Translations under genes and position numbers: made by a program
Virus record (IMG/VR): IMGVR_UViG_3300010042_000002
Coordinates: 1-49,175 of that record
Strand: one strand, 5' to 3'
DNA: 49,175 nucleotides
Source of the DNA: a virus
In this document: piece after piece, positions 24,400 through 32,567 of the stretch
How positions within the stretch are numbered: position 1 is the stretch's first letter
Layout: each line of letters begins with the position of its first letter
The notes under the pieces: model-generated
Told to the model about the DNA's origin: nothing
Databases searched by the model: none
Seen by the model: only the letters and a program-made list of their open reading frames with translations

Positions 24400-24822
24400 T
24401 TACATGCCCCGTGCCGCTAGCCGTCCGGCTAGTATGGCCCGTTCAACGAACCCCGCAGGGGCTTGCGCCGAACTACCATCGTTCAGCTTTCGAATATACG
24501 GGACAGAGTTGAAAATGACTAGGGCGTCTGAGAGCCTTCCGGCACGCAAAGCGCCTTCGGCTAGGTTCATGGCGGTCCCGGCCGAAGCGGCGGCGGTGGA
24601 CCCGGCCGCGCCGGGGAAATGGGCTTCAATCCATTGGGCGCCCCAAGAACCCGAGGCGCTAACACGCCAGTTCGACACGGCTCGCGACGTGTCAACCGGG
24701 GTGGTGTTCAGAAGCTCCATAAGAACGGCGCGGGCGACCTTGGCCCGCTTGGTAAGCAACTGCTTATCTAATCCATTAGCTAGCCGGTTCATCCGGCTAG
24801 CCAAACCTTTAAGCGTTCCCAT
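24400..24822 (-). CDS. HK97 gp10-like neck / tail-completion family protein, 140 aa
   Basis: It contains LVIFNSVPYIRKLNDGSS (the N.vpYa..le.G signature). Its location between the GT chaperone and the tape measure is unusual. Confidence 0.5.
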   Translation of the reverse strand: MGTLKGLASRMNRLANGLDKQLLTKRAKVARAVLMELLNTTPVDTSRAVSNWRVSASGSWGAQWIEAHFPGAAGSTAAASAGTAMNLAEGALRAGRLSDALVIFNSVPYIRKLNDGSSAQAPAGFVERAILAGRLAARGM

Positions 24823-25569
24823 TGTTCGCTTTCTTCTGCCGTTCCACTAACACTTCATTATCAACCGACATTCCGATTTCAATCAATGTGTCAACTTGAT
24901 CCCGAGTTAGGCCGTAGTATTTACCATAGGCAACATAAGCGGACCAAGGTATGTGTTCTAACTGGCTGCGTTCGGTATCAAGTAATAGATAGGCTTGAAC
25001 GTAAAGCTGCAATACCGCTGGTATGGTTACCTCCTTAGGGCCATACTTTTCTAGAAACTCAGTATCACCGGCGATTGCCGCTTGCCTCGCCGCCGCGCTT
25101 ATTCCGCTTCCTGCTCCAAAGATAGATCGGATAGCGGCTGCGACTTTTTTGTTGCTTCTTCTTCCTCCTTGCGCCGGAAGTAGCCGAGTTTCTTGGCGTA
25201 ATCCCGTAGCAAGTCGTAAAGGTCCGGCAAATCTTCAAGAAGCTTAATAGCAGCTTCAGACGAATACGGGATTGCAACGCCGTTGTCGAGTGGCTGAACA
25301 TTGCGCCAATCGAGCATGACCGTTTCGGCGAAAACCTGAAGCAACAGCGGCCGAGCCTTGGCGCTTTCGAAAATGTCGTTTTCGATAGACGAACCGTGTT
25401 CTTTGTAAATGCGCTCCAATGCCGCCTGATAGGCCGGGTTATTGGTGTGCATGCGAGCCATTTTGAAGCCCGGTATAGTCTTGTCGTTGTTTGCGGCCGC
25501 AGCGACTTCGAACCAACGGCCCTCGCGTTCCCGTACGCTGTCTGACTGGAATGTGTTATAAAGACCCAT
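24809..25569 (-). CDS. Tail assembly chaperone, -1 frameshift fusion product (GT-like)
   Basis: I translated the -1 frame from 25150 downstream. It is open (KKVAAAIRSIFGAGSG...) and runs straight into track ORF 24809..25012. Frame arithmetic (25569 mod 3 = 0, 25012 mod 3 = 1 on the minus strand) fits a -1 shift. Confidence 0.6.
25099..25569 (-). CDS. Tail assembly chaperone (G-like, zero-frame product), 156 aa
   Basis: It lies between the tube protein and the tape measure, has an acidic C-terminus, and contains the slippery heptamer near its 3' end. Confidence 0.65.
   Translation of the reverse strand: MGLYNTFQSDSVREREGRWFEVAAAANNDKTIPGFKMARMHTNNPAYQAALERIYKEHGSSIENDIFESAKARPLLLQVFAETVMLDWRNVQPLDNGVAIPYSSEAAIKLLEDLPDLYDLLRDYAKKLGYFRRKEEEEATKKSQPLSDLSLEQEAE
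25144..25150 (-). promoter_or_regulatory. Programmed -1 ribosomal frameshift site A_AAA_AAG
   Basis: The minus strand reads ACA AAA AAG in the zero frame, which is the X_XXY_YYZ pattern. Confidence 0.65.
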
Positions 25570-25583
25570 CGAAACTACTCCAT

Positions 25584-25613
25584 TGAAAAAGGGACCACCG
25601 CTAGATGGTCCCT
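25584..25613 (-). terminator. Rho-independent terminator or attenuator after the tail tube gene
   Basis: The minus strand reads AGGGACCA-tctagcgg-TGGTCCCT followed by TTTTTC. Confidence 0.65.
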
Positions 25614-25643
25614 CTGTTTATATCACCCGTTGCCGGGAGGCAA

Positions 25644-27557
25644 TCAATATTCGGTCGCTGGCTTTGGCATTGCCAGTGTGGGCAGGTACGACCAAGTTGT
25701 ATAAAGCAGGGTGTAACCCAATGGGTTTTCTGCACCAAGCAGTTCCAACGGAACCCGGATTTCCACCCCGGCTTCAACCTCGATACCGCCGCCGCCTAGT
25801 GTAAGCAACGGGTAATCCCATACGAAACCGGCATTACCGGCCGCCGCGATGAAATCACAGGTAACGTCCGCGTTGGCGCGAACGGCCTTGGTTGCCTTGA
25901 CCGTCGAGAAAATGGCCGTGACTTCACCACCGGCGTCAAAATCGCCAACGTTAACGTCAATGGCGCCAAGCGTGCCCACAGCCTTAGTCGGCGTGACGTT
26001 GTTGTTGATTGAAATCGAGCCTTCAACGATATACGCGAAAAGCGGTGTCGGTCGCGTCGTTGCCGGGTCAATAACAGCCATACGCATACGAACAATGTTG
26101 TTCGCCGTGTTAATGGCATCTTCGCCCAAAGCCGGAATGAACGTGCCGGGCTTGCGACCTTCCCAACCTTCGCGCTGTTCACTGTCACCCGACACGAATG
26201 ACAAGTCAGCGTTTAGTTTGGCATCCTCGCCTTCAGGAAGCGGAATGTTCAGCGTGAATTCGTTGGCGACCGACCGGGTAAGATATTCGGCCTGTGTGCC
26301 GTCTGCATCCTGCCCTAGCGTGCGTTCGAATTCATAGTAACGGGTAATAACATCTTCCGTCTGCTTTTCGTTCTTCAACGTGTCGCCGGTATAGATGCGG
26401 ATTGACTTGCCGGTGCCGGTTTCGGCAACCGGCGCCCATGTCGTCTTGTCGAACGTCGCGACGGTATCGGTGATTGATCCGAGGCGAGCATAACCGTTGT
26501 TGTTGACAAACCGGTTAGCGATATCGTCGGCGCCAAGGTAAAGCCACTCACCGGCAAACAGTTCGGTTTCAAGCAAGCTAAAGCCGGTGCCACCCGTAAG
26601 GGTTGCGCCCGATACTGCAATGCCTGCCGAGGCTTCAGCTAGTGTTATGGCGTTGCCGGAAGTGCCCTTGATCTTGGGGTTGACCGTGACGACACCTAGC
26701 GCCGGGCTTGCTGTAACGGTAGGGTGTGCCGGGGTGCGGAGAACGTTGCCGTTAATCGACGCTGCAAGGTTAGCCGCCGTTGCCGTAGCATTGGCGCCAA
26801 TCAGAACGTCGTAAGGGTCAACGATTGCGGCCTTGAACGTGTATTCAACGCCGTCGATTGTTACGGTGTCGTCGGCAACTGCCGTGGTGATTGTGACCGT
26901 GCCAGTCGAACCGACAGGCGTTGTCGTTAGCGTAAGCTGTGGGATATCGCCAACCATGACAATGTTTGCACCAGCGGCCGCAAGCTGCCAACCTACAGAC
27001 TTGATCTCGACGCCAGCCGGGGCAACTTCGGTGGCAAGATTGGTGCTTGCCGTAATGGCAACATCAGACACGCCACTCAACAGCTTGACACCGTTGTTCA
27101 GCGTATTCAAGAAGCCCGAGACAAGCACAAGCTGGCCAGCGCGGAAACGGGAAAGACCGTTAGGGGCGGTGTATGTGTCGCCGGTTGTGTCTGCGCCCGT
27201 GATCACGACAACTTCGCCATTGAATGGCTTAGTCTGCGCTTTCTGGTGCATGTCGGCAAAGAAGAAACCTTGAAGCAACCGGTCGTGATTGGACTTGGTG
27301 AAATCCTGATTGAAACCACCACCGGCCGTAAGGTCGGTAACAACGCCCTTCTTGCGCTGTCGGGAAGCCGACAGGGGCGAACGTGCCGTTGTGGTAAGTG
27401 CCCCGCCCATGCTATCGTAAGAGTTGGGTTCCAACTCAAACCATGTTGGGTTGTAACCATCTTCAGCGACAGAGGGCAGTCGGCCGCAAATAGTTTCCGC
27501 AAAGGATAGGCCGGTGCGGTTACTGTCAATCTTGCGGGGTTCGCAGTTATCGGCCAT
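25644..27557 (-). CDS. Probable major tail (tube) protein with a large central insertion, 637 aa
   Basis: It lies after a terminator-like protein and before the chaperones, and is followed by an attenuating terminator. The central roughly 300 aa are T/V/A/G-rich beta-like segments. The assignment is positional only. Confidence 0.5.
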   Translation of the reverse strand: MADNCEPRKIDSNRTGLSFAETICGRLPSVAEDGYNPTWFELEPNSYDSMGGALTTTARSPLSASRQRKKGVVTDLTAGGGFNQDFTKSNHDRLLQGFFFADMHQKAQTKPFNGEVVVITGADTTGDTYTAPNGLSRFRAGQLVLVSGFLNTLNNGVKLLSGVSDVAITASTNLATEVAPAGVEIKSVGWQLAAAGANIVMVGDIPQLTLTTTPVGSTGTVTITTAVADDTVTIDGVEYTFKAAIVDPYDVLIGANATATAANLAASINGNVLRTPAHPTVTASPALGVVTVNPKIKGTSGNAITLAEASAGIAVSGATLTGGTGFSLLETELFAGEWLYLGADDIANRFVNNNGYARLGSITDTVATFDKTTWAPVAETGTGKSIRIYTGDTLKNEKQTEDVITRYYEFERTLGQDADGTQAEYLTRSVANEFTLNIPLPEGEDAKLNADLSFVSGDSEQREGWEGRKPGTFIPALGEDAINTANNIVRMRMAVIDPATTRPTPLFAYIVEGSISINNNVTPTKAVGTLGAIDVNVGDFDAGGEVTAIFSTVKATKAVRANADVTCDFIAAAGNAGFVWDYPLLTLGGGGIEVEAGVEIRVPLELLGAENPLGYTLLYTTWSYLPTLAMPKPATEY

Positions 27558-27568
27558 TGCCGTATCCT

Positions 27569-28015
27569 TCAGGTTAGTTCGTCAAACTGGTATTCAGCAA
27601 CCACGTTGCGCAACAGGAATTGCGGTTCGGGCTCTACTCGATTTATACGCACATTTCGGAAGATAAAACAGCCGGGAAATGTGGGGTCGCGAAAGATGCT
27701 TTGCACATATTCCGACAGTTTTCGGGCCGTTTCAGCAGCCTTTACCGTGTCATTAAGAATGAGACACTGAACGATGATTACACCGTTATTCTCATACCGC
27801 TGGCCAAACTCACCGTTGCGCATATTGGCTTGGGGATTGGTGACGCTACTCATAACAAACCGGGCGCCGGTATTGGTAAACTTCTCTTTAAGTTTTACGT
27901 CTTCGTACCGTAGTTCAGGGGCAGCAATGCCCACAATAGCGGGAACGTCCGCATCCCATTTGGTTTGCAGGTGATCGGTAATCAGCGTGTAAGCTTCATC
28001 GAAGGTGTAAGCCAT
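27569..28015 (-). CDS. Probable tail terminator / tail completion protein, 148 aa
   Basis: Position is immediately upstream of the tube gene, and the size is typical. No decisive motif was seen. Confidence 0.45.
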   Translation of the reverse strand: MAYTFDEAYTLITDHLQTKWDADVPAIVGIAAPELRYEDVKLKEKFTNTGARFVMSSVTNPQANMRNGEFGQRYENNGVIIVQCLILNDTVKAAETARKLSEYVQSIFRDPTFPGCFIFRNVRINRVEPEPQFLLRNVVAEYQFDELT

Positions 28016-28413
28016 CAGCCGGTAAACCTAAGGTAATAAAGAATGGGTTCGACACCGTTCGGTGCCAAAAGGTCTAACCCGTTTTCAGGGAGCAAACCAA
28101 GAGCCGGTTCAGCGAACACGTTACCAAGGGCTATACGACCCGAGAGCGACGGCGTGAACGGAATGTTAGCAGCCATCAAGCCACGTTTGCCCCCGGTCGG
28201 CAATTCGGTGTCGGTGATCATGGCCAGCAACCCGGCAAAGCTCAAGTTGTTAGCATTGGTCAACATGACGATCTTCACGGGATTATCGACCGGGACACCG
28301 GGGACCGGGGCAGACTTCGGCCCCGTTGGCTCGCCGGGCTCCCGCCAAGTGCAGGTGGCGCCGTAATATGCGATCAGCCGGGCGGCGGTGGCAATTTGGC
28401 GTTCAAAGGTCAC
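28015..28413 (-). CDS. Probable head-closure / head-tail adaptor protein, 132 aa
   Basis: Position and TGATG coupling only. Confidence 0.4.
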   Translation of the reverse strand: MTFERQIATAARLIAYYGATCTWREPGEPTGPKSAPVPGVPVDNPVKIVMLTNANNLSFAGLLAMITDTELPTGGKRGLMAANIPFTPSLSGRIALGNVFAEPALGLLPENGLDLLAPNGVEPILYYLRFTG

Positions 28414-28416
28414 GAC

Positions 28417-28941
28417 CTACACCCGATACGTCTTAAGCCCGCCAAACGTCGCCCCAGCGAGCCACGGCTCTAGCAGGGCGTCAACAAGGGGCATGGTTGG
28501 AAGCTGGCCGAGCGTTTGCAATGCTACCGCTTCGGAATATTCGGTTTCGATAACGTCAACTTTCTCCCGCTTCACAAAGCCCGTTGCGGCGCTAAATGTG
28601 GGCAAGAGATCAACACCGGTTGACGCAATCAAAGCTAGCGCAAGTTGCGCCTTGGCAATGTTACCGGGAATTGCATCTTCAGCGTAAGGCGTGGTTCCGC
28701 CGTTGGGAACTGCACCCTTGCGAGGCCATGCGAGAGGTTGCACCCCCGGTTGAACGGGAGAGCCTACCCATTGATTAGCGTAAAGGTCAAGACTATCCAT
28801 GGCCTTGATCCCGAGAACGTCGGTTGCGTCATCATCAACCAATGTTACGCCGCGTGCAGCGCCGTAAGCAATGATGTCAGCCCGCGTAACATAGCTGTTA
28901 GCAGTTGGAACAACCGTACCGTCTTCAACAATCAAGGCCAT
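28417..28941 (-). CDS. Head-tail connector protein (gp6 / DnaT-like N-domain family), 174 aa
   Basis: The N-terminus MALIVEDGTVVPTANSYVTRADIIAYGAARGV is typical of this connector family. Confidence 0.6.
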   Translation of the reverse strand: MALIVEDGTVVPTANSYVTRADIIAYGAARGVTLVDDDATDVLGIKAMDSLDLYANQWVGSPVQPGVQPLAWPRKGAVPNGGTTPYAEDAIPGNIAKAQLALALIASTGVDLLPTFSAATGFVKREKVDVIETEYSEAVALQTLGQLPTMPLVDALLEPWLAGATFGGLKTYRV

Positions 28942-28951
28942 GGTTTAGTCC

Positions 28952-29335
28952 TTACCAGCCGTTGCCGTTGGTGGCAGGGGCCGTGGTTTCATTCGTCGCG
29001 GGGCGGTTGTCGGCAAGCCAAGCCTGCTTTTCAACTACCTTCTTGGTATCCCAGCCTTCCGGCTTTTCGCGACCGTTGAGGCCTTTTTCGCCGTCGAGAT
29101 CGGAATGGGTGCCGAGGGTGCCATAGTCGAATGGCTTGTTTTCTTCAGTTTCGGTTTTGACTGCGCCCTTATCGAAACCACCGGGGGCGGTGCCATCAAC
29201 AGGGGTCTTGCCGTCATCGCCAATGATAGCGCCGTTTTCGTCGGTGCCGTACTGAATTACGGGGTCAACGGCTTCACCAGCGTTAACGGCCTTGCGGTGT
29301 TCGCGAACTTGCTGCCGTTTGTCGAGTTTAAACAT
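28952..29335 (-). CDS. Hypothetical head-region protein, 127 aa, G/D/E/K-rich
   Basis: ATG at 29335, in the structural operon. It looks low-complexity and probably disordered. Confidence 0.5.
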   Translation of the reverse strand: MFKLDKRQQVREHRKAVNAGEAVDPVIQYGTDENGAIIGDDGKTPVDGTAPGGFDKGAVKTETEENKPFDYGTLGTHSDLDGEKGLNGREKPEGWDTKKVVEKQAWLADNRPATNETTAPATNGNGW

Positions 29336-29361
29336 TGTAGTTGCTCCAAGTTATACGGCGA

Positions 29362-29709
29362 TTAGACCGTGACGTTAAGGGTGTATGCGTTGACCTTGGT
29401 GTTGCCAAAGTCATCGGTTCCGCGAACGCTAAAGGAAGCGTTGCCAGCCGGTCCGGTCGGTGTACCAGAAAGAATGCCGGTGGTTGCATTGAGCGACAGG
29501 CCCGCAGGCAATGCACCCGCAGAAACCGAAAACTTCGCATTGCCCACAGGTGCAGACAGGGCAAAGGTTTGGTTGGCGCGTGGTGTTCCAATGACGCCAG
29601 CAGCGAGCGCACCAGCGGCCGGGGTCAATGTCTGCGTTACCGTGCTTTCATTCATCACGGCACGAACCTGCCGATGGTCCTTGCGGGTCTTGATTAGTCG
29701 TTTTGTCAT
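29362..29709 (-). CDS. Ig-like domain protein (He_PIG/Big-like), probable capsid decoration, 115 aa
   Basis: It contains ALPAGLSLNATTGILSGTPTGP, typical of the putative Ig (He_PIG) domain. It lies directly downstream of the capsid gene. Confidence 0.5.
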   Translation of the reverse strand: MTKRLIKTRKDHRQVRAVMNESTVTQTLTPAAGALAAGVIGTPRANQTFALSAPVGNAKFSVSAGALPAGLSLNATTGILSGTPTGPAGNASFSVRGTDDFGNTKVNAYTLNVTV

Positions 29710-29724
29710 TTGAGGTTCCCTTAC

Positions 29725-29756
29725 TGAAAAGCCCGCCGCCGTTACCAGCGACGGGC
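29725..29756 (-). terminator. Rho-independent terminator or attenuator after the major capsid gene
   Basis: The minus strand reads GCCCGTCG-ctggtaacgg-CGGCGGGC followed by TTTTC. Confidence 0.6.
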
Positions 29757-29783
29757 CAATGCCGTTACCCGAATGCTAAACCC

Positions 29784-30806
29784 TTACGGGTTGGCCTTCG
29801 ATTTGATAAAGGCGAACGGTGCCGACTTGCGAGGAACCACACGGTTCCAGTGTGCCGCAAGGCGAAGTTCCGCCAGCGCCGGGGAGAATTCGGCGATGGT
29901 GCCTTCAACCCATGAGAACCCGAACGGATGGAGCAACCAAGTACGCCGTTCCCAAAGCGTTTCCTGACCGCCGCCGTTACCAGCGGCCGGGGTGCGGTCA
30001 ACTTCGGATGCAACGCGGGGGATACCCGAGCCGAACGCGAAAGCGTGACCTTCAAGACCGCCAAAGGCAAATGCACCGGCGCCGAAAAGGATGGACGTGT
30101 AAACGCCACCGGAAACCGGCATCATGTCATCTTCAATGACGATACGGCCCTTATAGGTCGGGACGGTAAGACCGCCTTCGCTATCGGGAATGAAAACGAT
30201 TTCGTCGTTCTTGACCATGCGTGCCATGATCGAAGAATGGACGGCAATCGCCCGGAACTGGCTTGCACGGTCACCGGCCGTATAGGCCGCGTCGATGAAA
30301 GCGTCTGAACCGAAAACGGCGTCATCACCGGCAAGACCGGAAATATCGACCGTCATGTCACCGCCGTCATTGGCAATGTTGTCATTCATGATACCAACAG
30401 CAGCCGCGATCACGCGACGTTCAAACTGCCGGTTCCAATAAACGCCGAAGCGGTTGCGAATGTGTTCCATTGGGTCGGAACCGGTAAGTTCCTTCACAAG
30501 GTCCATATCGCTGTAACCCTTGTTCAGCCATGCCTTGCGGTATTGCATTTCGCCGGAAGTGATCTTTTCCGGTACGGCAATGTCGGCCGGGTCGTCGTTG
30601 GAATAGTTCGGTTCGCTGTCTGGATCAAGATCGTTCCAGAACGGCATATGACCGGTCTTGCCGCCGCCGGTGGCAATGGTGTTGAACACTTCAGACGTGG
30701 AGACAATGCCAGAGGTAACCAACGCGGAGGTTTCCGGGTTGTCAACCTGCGCGTAGCCGTCGTAAATGTCGTAAACGACGGCATCAGAAAGGCGAGTAGT
30801 TGCCAT
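29784..30806 (-). CDS. Major capsid protein (HK97 fold), 340 aa
   Basis: It follows the scaffold gene. Size, the conserved G-rich P-loop-like region (FAFGSGIP) and the downstream attenuator all fit. Confidence 0.85.
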   Translation of the reverse strand: MATTRLSDAVVYDIYDGYAQVDNPETSALVTSGIVSTSEVFNTIATGGGKTGHMPFWNDLDPDSEPNYSNDDPADIAVPEKITSGEMQYRKAWLNKGYSDMDLVKELTGSDPMEHIRNRFGVYWNRQFERRVIAAAVGIMNDNIANDGGDMTVDISGLAGDDAVFGSDAFIDAAYTAGDRASQFRAIAVHSSIMARMVKNDEIVFIPDSEGGLTVPTYKGRIVIEDDMMPVSGGVYTSILFGAGAFAFGGLEGHAFAFGSGIPRVASEVDRTPAAGNGGGQETLWERRTWLLHPFGFSWVEGTIAEFSPALAELRLAAHWNRVVPRKSAPFAFIKSKANP

Positions 30807-30824
30807 GGTGCGGTATCCTAAAGG

Positions 30825-31580
30825 TTAAGCGCGAACCTTGAGCCCTTCGGCCAAAGCTTGCGCACGGTAAGCGGTCGGGTCGGCGTTGTAATGCGCCTTC
30901 TTTTCCGCTTCATTCATGTCTGTGATTTTTTTACCTGAAGGAGCGCCGCCCCCCGAACCGCCACCGTTGCCACCAGCACCCGACGCGTTCGTGCCCTTGA
31001 TAATAGCGGCGTATTTGGGGTTGTCAACAACCTCTTTTTTCAAAAGATCAATTGTCAAGGTCGGACTTACGTTACCGGCCGCATCCTTAACGCGGGTGGT
31101 TCCGACAGTGCCGGAAATATCCGCGTCGAGCCGGGCGGCAATGAGCGGAACAAGCAGTTCCGGGGTAGTCGAGATTTCGGCTGCAATGGCTTCAGCCTTG
31201 CCGTTTACCAGTGCATGGCGAAGCGCACCTTCAAGGCGGGTGACATCGGCCTTGACCAAGTTCAATGCTGTGTTGTGCTGCGCCGTAAGTGTATCTTCCA
31301 GCGCCTTCAGGTCACCAGCCTTACGCGCCGCCGCCCGGTCGGCTTCCTCCTTGAGTGCAGCCGCGTCACGATCCGCCTTGTCTTTATCCCGGCGCAGTTG
31401 GTCGCGCTCATCTTCGGCCGCACGACGGCGGGAGGCCTCGTCATCCTTGGCCCGGCGCAGTTCGGCCGCGTCGTCGGACTGAAGCAGCCAGACGCCGTTT
31501 TCTTCCTTGTATTCCAGCTTCAGATTATCAGCCAAAGCGTCGAATTCGGTTTTAGCGGTAATACGTGATTTCAAAGCCAT
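30825..31580 (-). CDS. Scaffolding protein, 251 aa
   Basis: It is highly charged, Ala-rich and coiled-coil-like (..DERDQLRRDKDKADRDAAALKEEADRAAARK..), and lies between the Mu-F-like gene and the capsid gene. Confidence 0.6.
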   Translation of the reverse strand: MALKSRITAKTEFDALADNLKLEYKEENGVWLLQSDDAAELRRAKDDEASRRRAAEDERDQLRRDKDKADRDAAALKEEADRAAARKAGDLKALEDTLTAQHNTALNLVKADVTRLEGALRHALVNGKAEAIAAEISTTPELLVPLIAARLDADISGTVGTTRVKDAAGNVSPTLTIDLLKKEVVDNPKYAAIIKGTNASGAGGNGGGSGGGAPSGKKITDMNEAEKKAHYNADPTAYRAQALAEGLKVRA

Positions 31581-32567
31581 TTATGCAACCTCATCTAGAA
31601 TTTTATTCAACTTATCGCCGTATTGGGAAACCGTCAACGGCCTAGCCCGGTCAAAGCCGGGCAATTGGTCCGACCTAATTTTACCTTCGCGAAGCTCCCG
31701 CCCCCGTGCCGGGCCTAGAACGTCATCCTGAACACCGGCCGGTTGACGCTTGACCCATGTATAGAATGTGGGGATATCGTCAAGCTTAACAATCGTCTGT
31801 GGTATGGTAAACGACCGACAATTCCAGTGCGCCGGGGGCCGGGGGCCTTTGCCATATTCGAAGCTTTGACCGTTACGGCTACGGCAAATTTCGGTTGTAC
31901 GACTGTCAAGAATTGCAACCCATGTGTAATGCGTTGAGGTTAGCTTACCTAGCTGGAATGATACCCCGGTTGAGACATGCTGCACAAACGTTTCAACGAC
32001 CGTAGCGAACCGGCGCCGTTGTCGTGTAAGCAATCCGTCTTTGTAGTTGAGCGACCTAGTGCCCACAAGCAGCCGGGTCAATGCAGCCATTTCAACATTG
32101 TCAGCCCATGAACCGCGTAGCAATTGAGCTACGGCGGCAAGGAGCGCGGCTTGCGCCTCGATGAAAGCGCCCTTGGGATCAATACCGACACCGGCAATGG
32201 GATCATTGAGCATGGTTGTCCATGCCCGTTCCCTGTTGATCGTGTTTACCGGTACTGGCTTGCCGCTAGCGGTTTGGGTCAATGCTCCCATTATGCCGAA
32301 ATCGACATTCATAAACGCTTTGATTTGTTCCGTGGTTAGCTCAACCTGCCGACCGAACAAGGTTTTGATGCGGGTGTTAACATCCCGCACCAAACCGTTA
32401 AGCACCTTCTTGGTAAGCTCACCCATATTGGTAATGGCAAGCTTATTAAGTGACAGGATGATTGCAGCCGTTATCTCTTCGTAGAGTGTGTCTGCATCCT
32501 GCGCTTGGTGGTTTTTATACCCCTCCACATAGACTTGGTGGCGTACGTATGCGTCAAAGGTTGTCAC
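31581..32567 (-). CDS. Head morphogenesis protein, Mu gpF / SPP1 gp7 family, 328 aa
   Basis: It contains ILDSRTTEICRSRNGQ...PPAHWNCRSF, the signature of the Phage_Mu_F domain. Confidence 0.8.
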   Translation of the reverse strand: MTTFDAYVRHQVYVEGYKNHQAQDADTLYEEITAAIILSLNKLAITNMGELTKKVLNGLVRDVNTRIKTLFGRQVELTTEQIKAFMNVDFGIMGALTQTASGKPVPVNTINRERAWTTMLNDPIAGVGIDPKGAFIEAQAALLAAVAQLLRGSWADNVEMAALTRLLVGTRSLNYKDGLLTRQRRRFATVVETFVQHVSTGVSFQLGKLTSTHYTWVAILDSRTTEICRSRNGQSFEYGKGPRPPAHWNCRSFTIPQTIVKLDDIPTFYTWVKRQPAGVQDDVLGPARGRELREGKIRSDQLPGFDRARPLTVSQYGDKLNKILDEVA

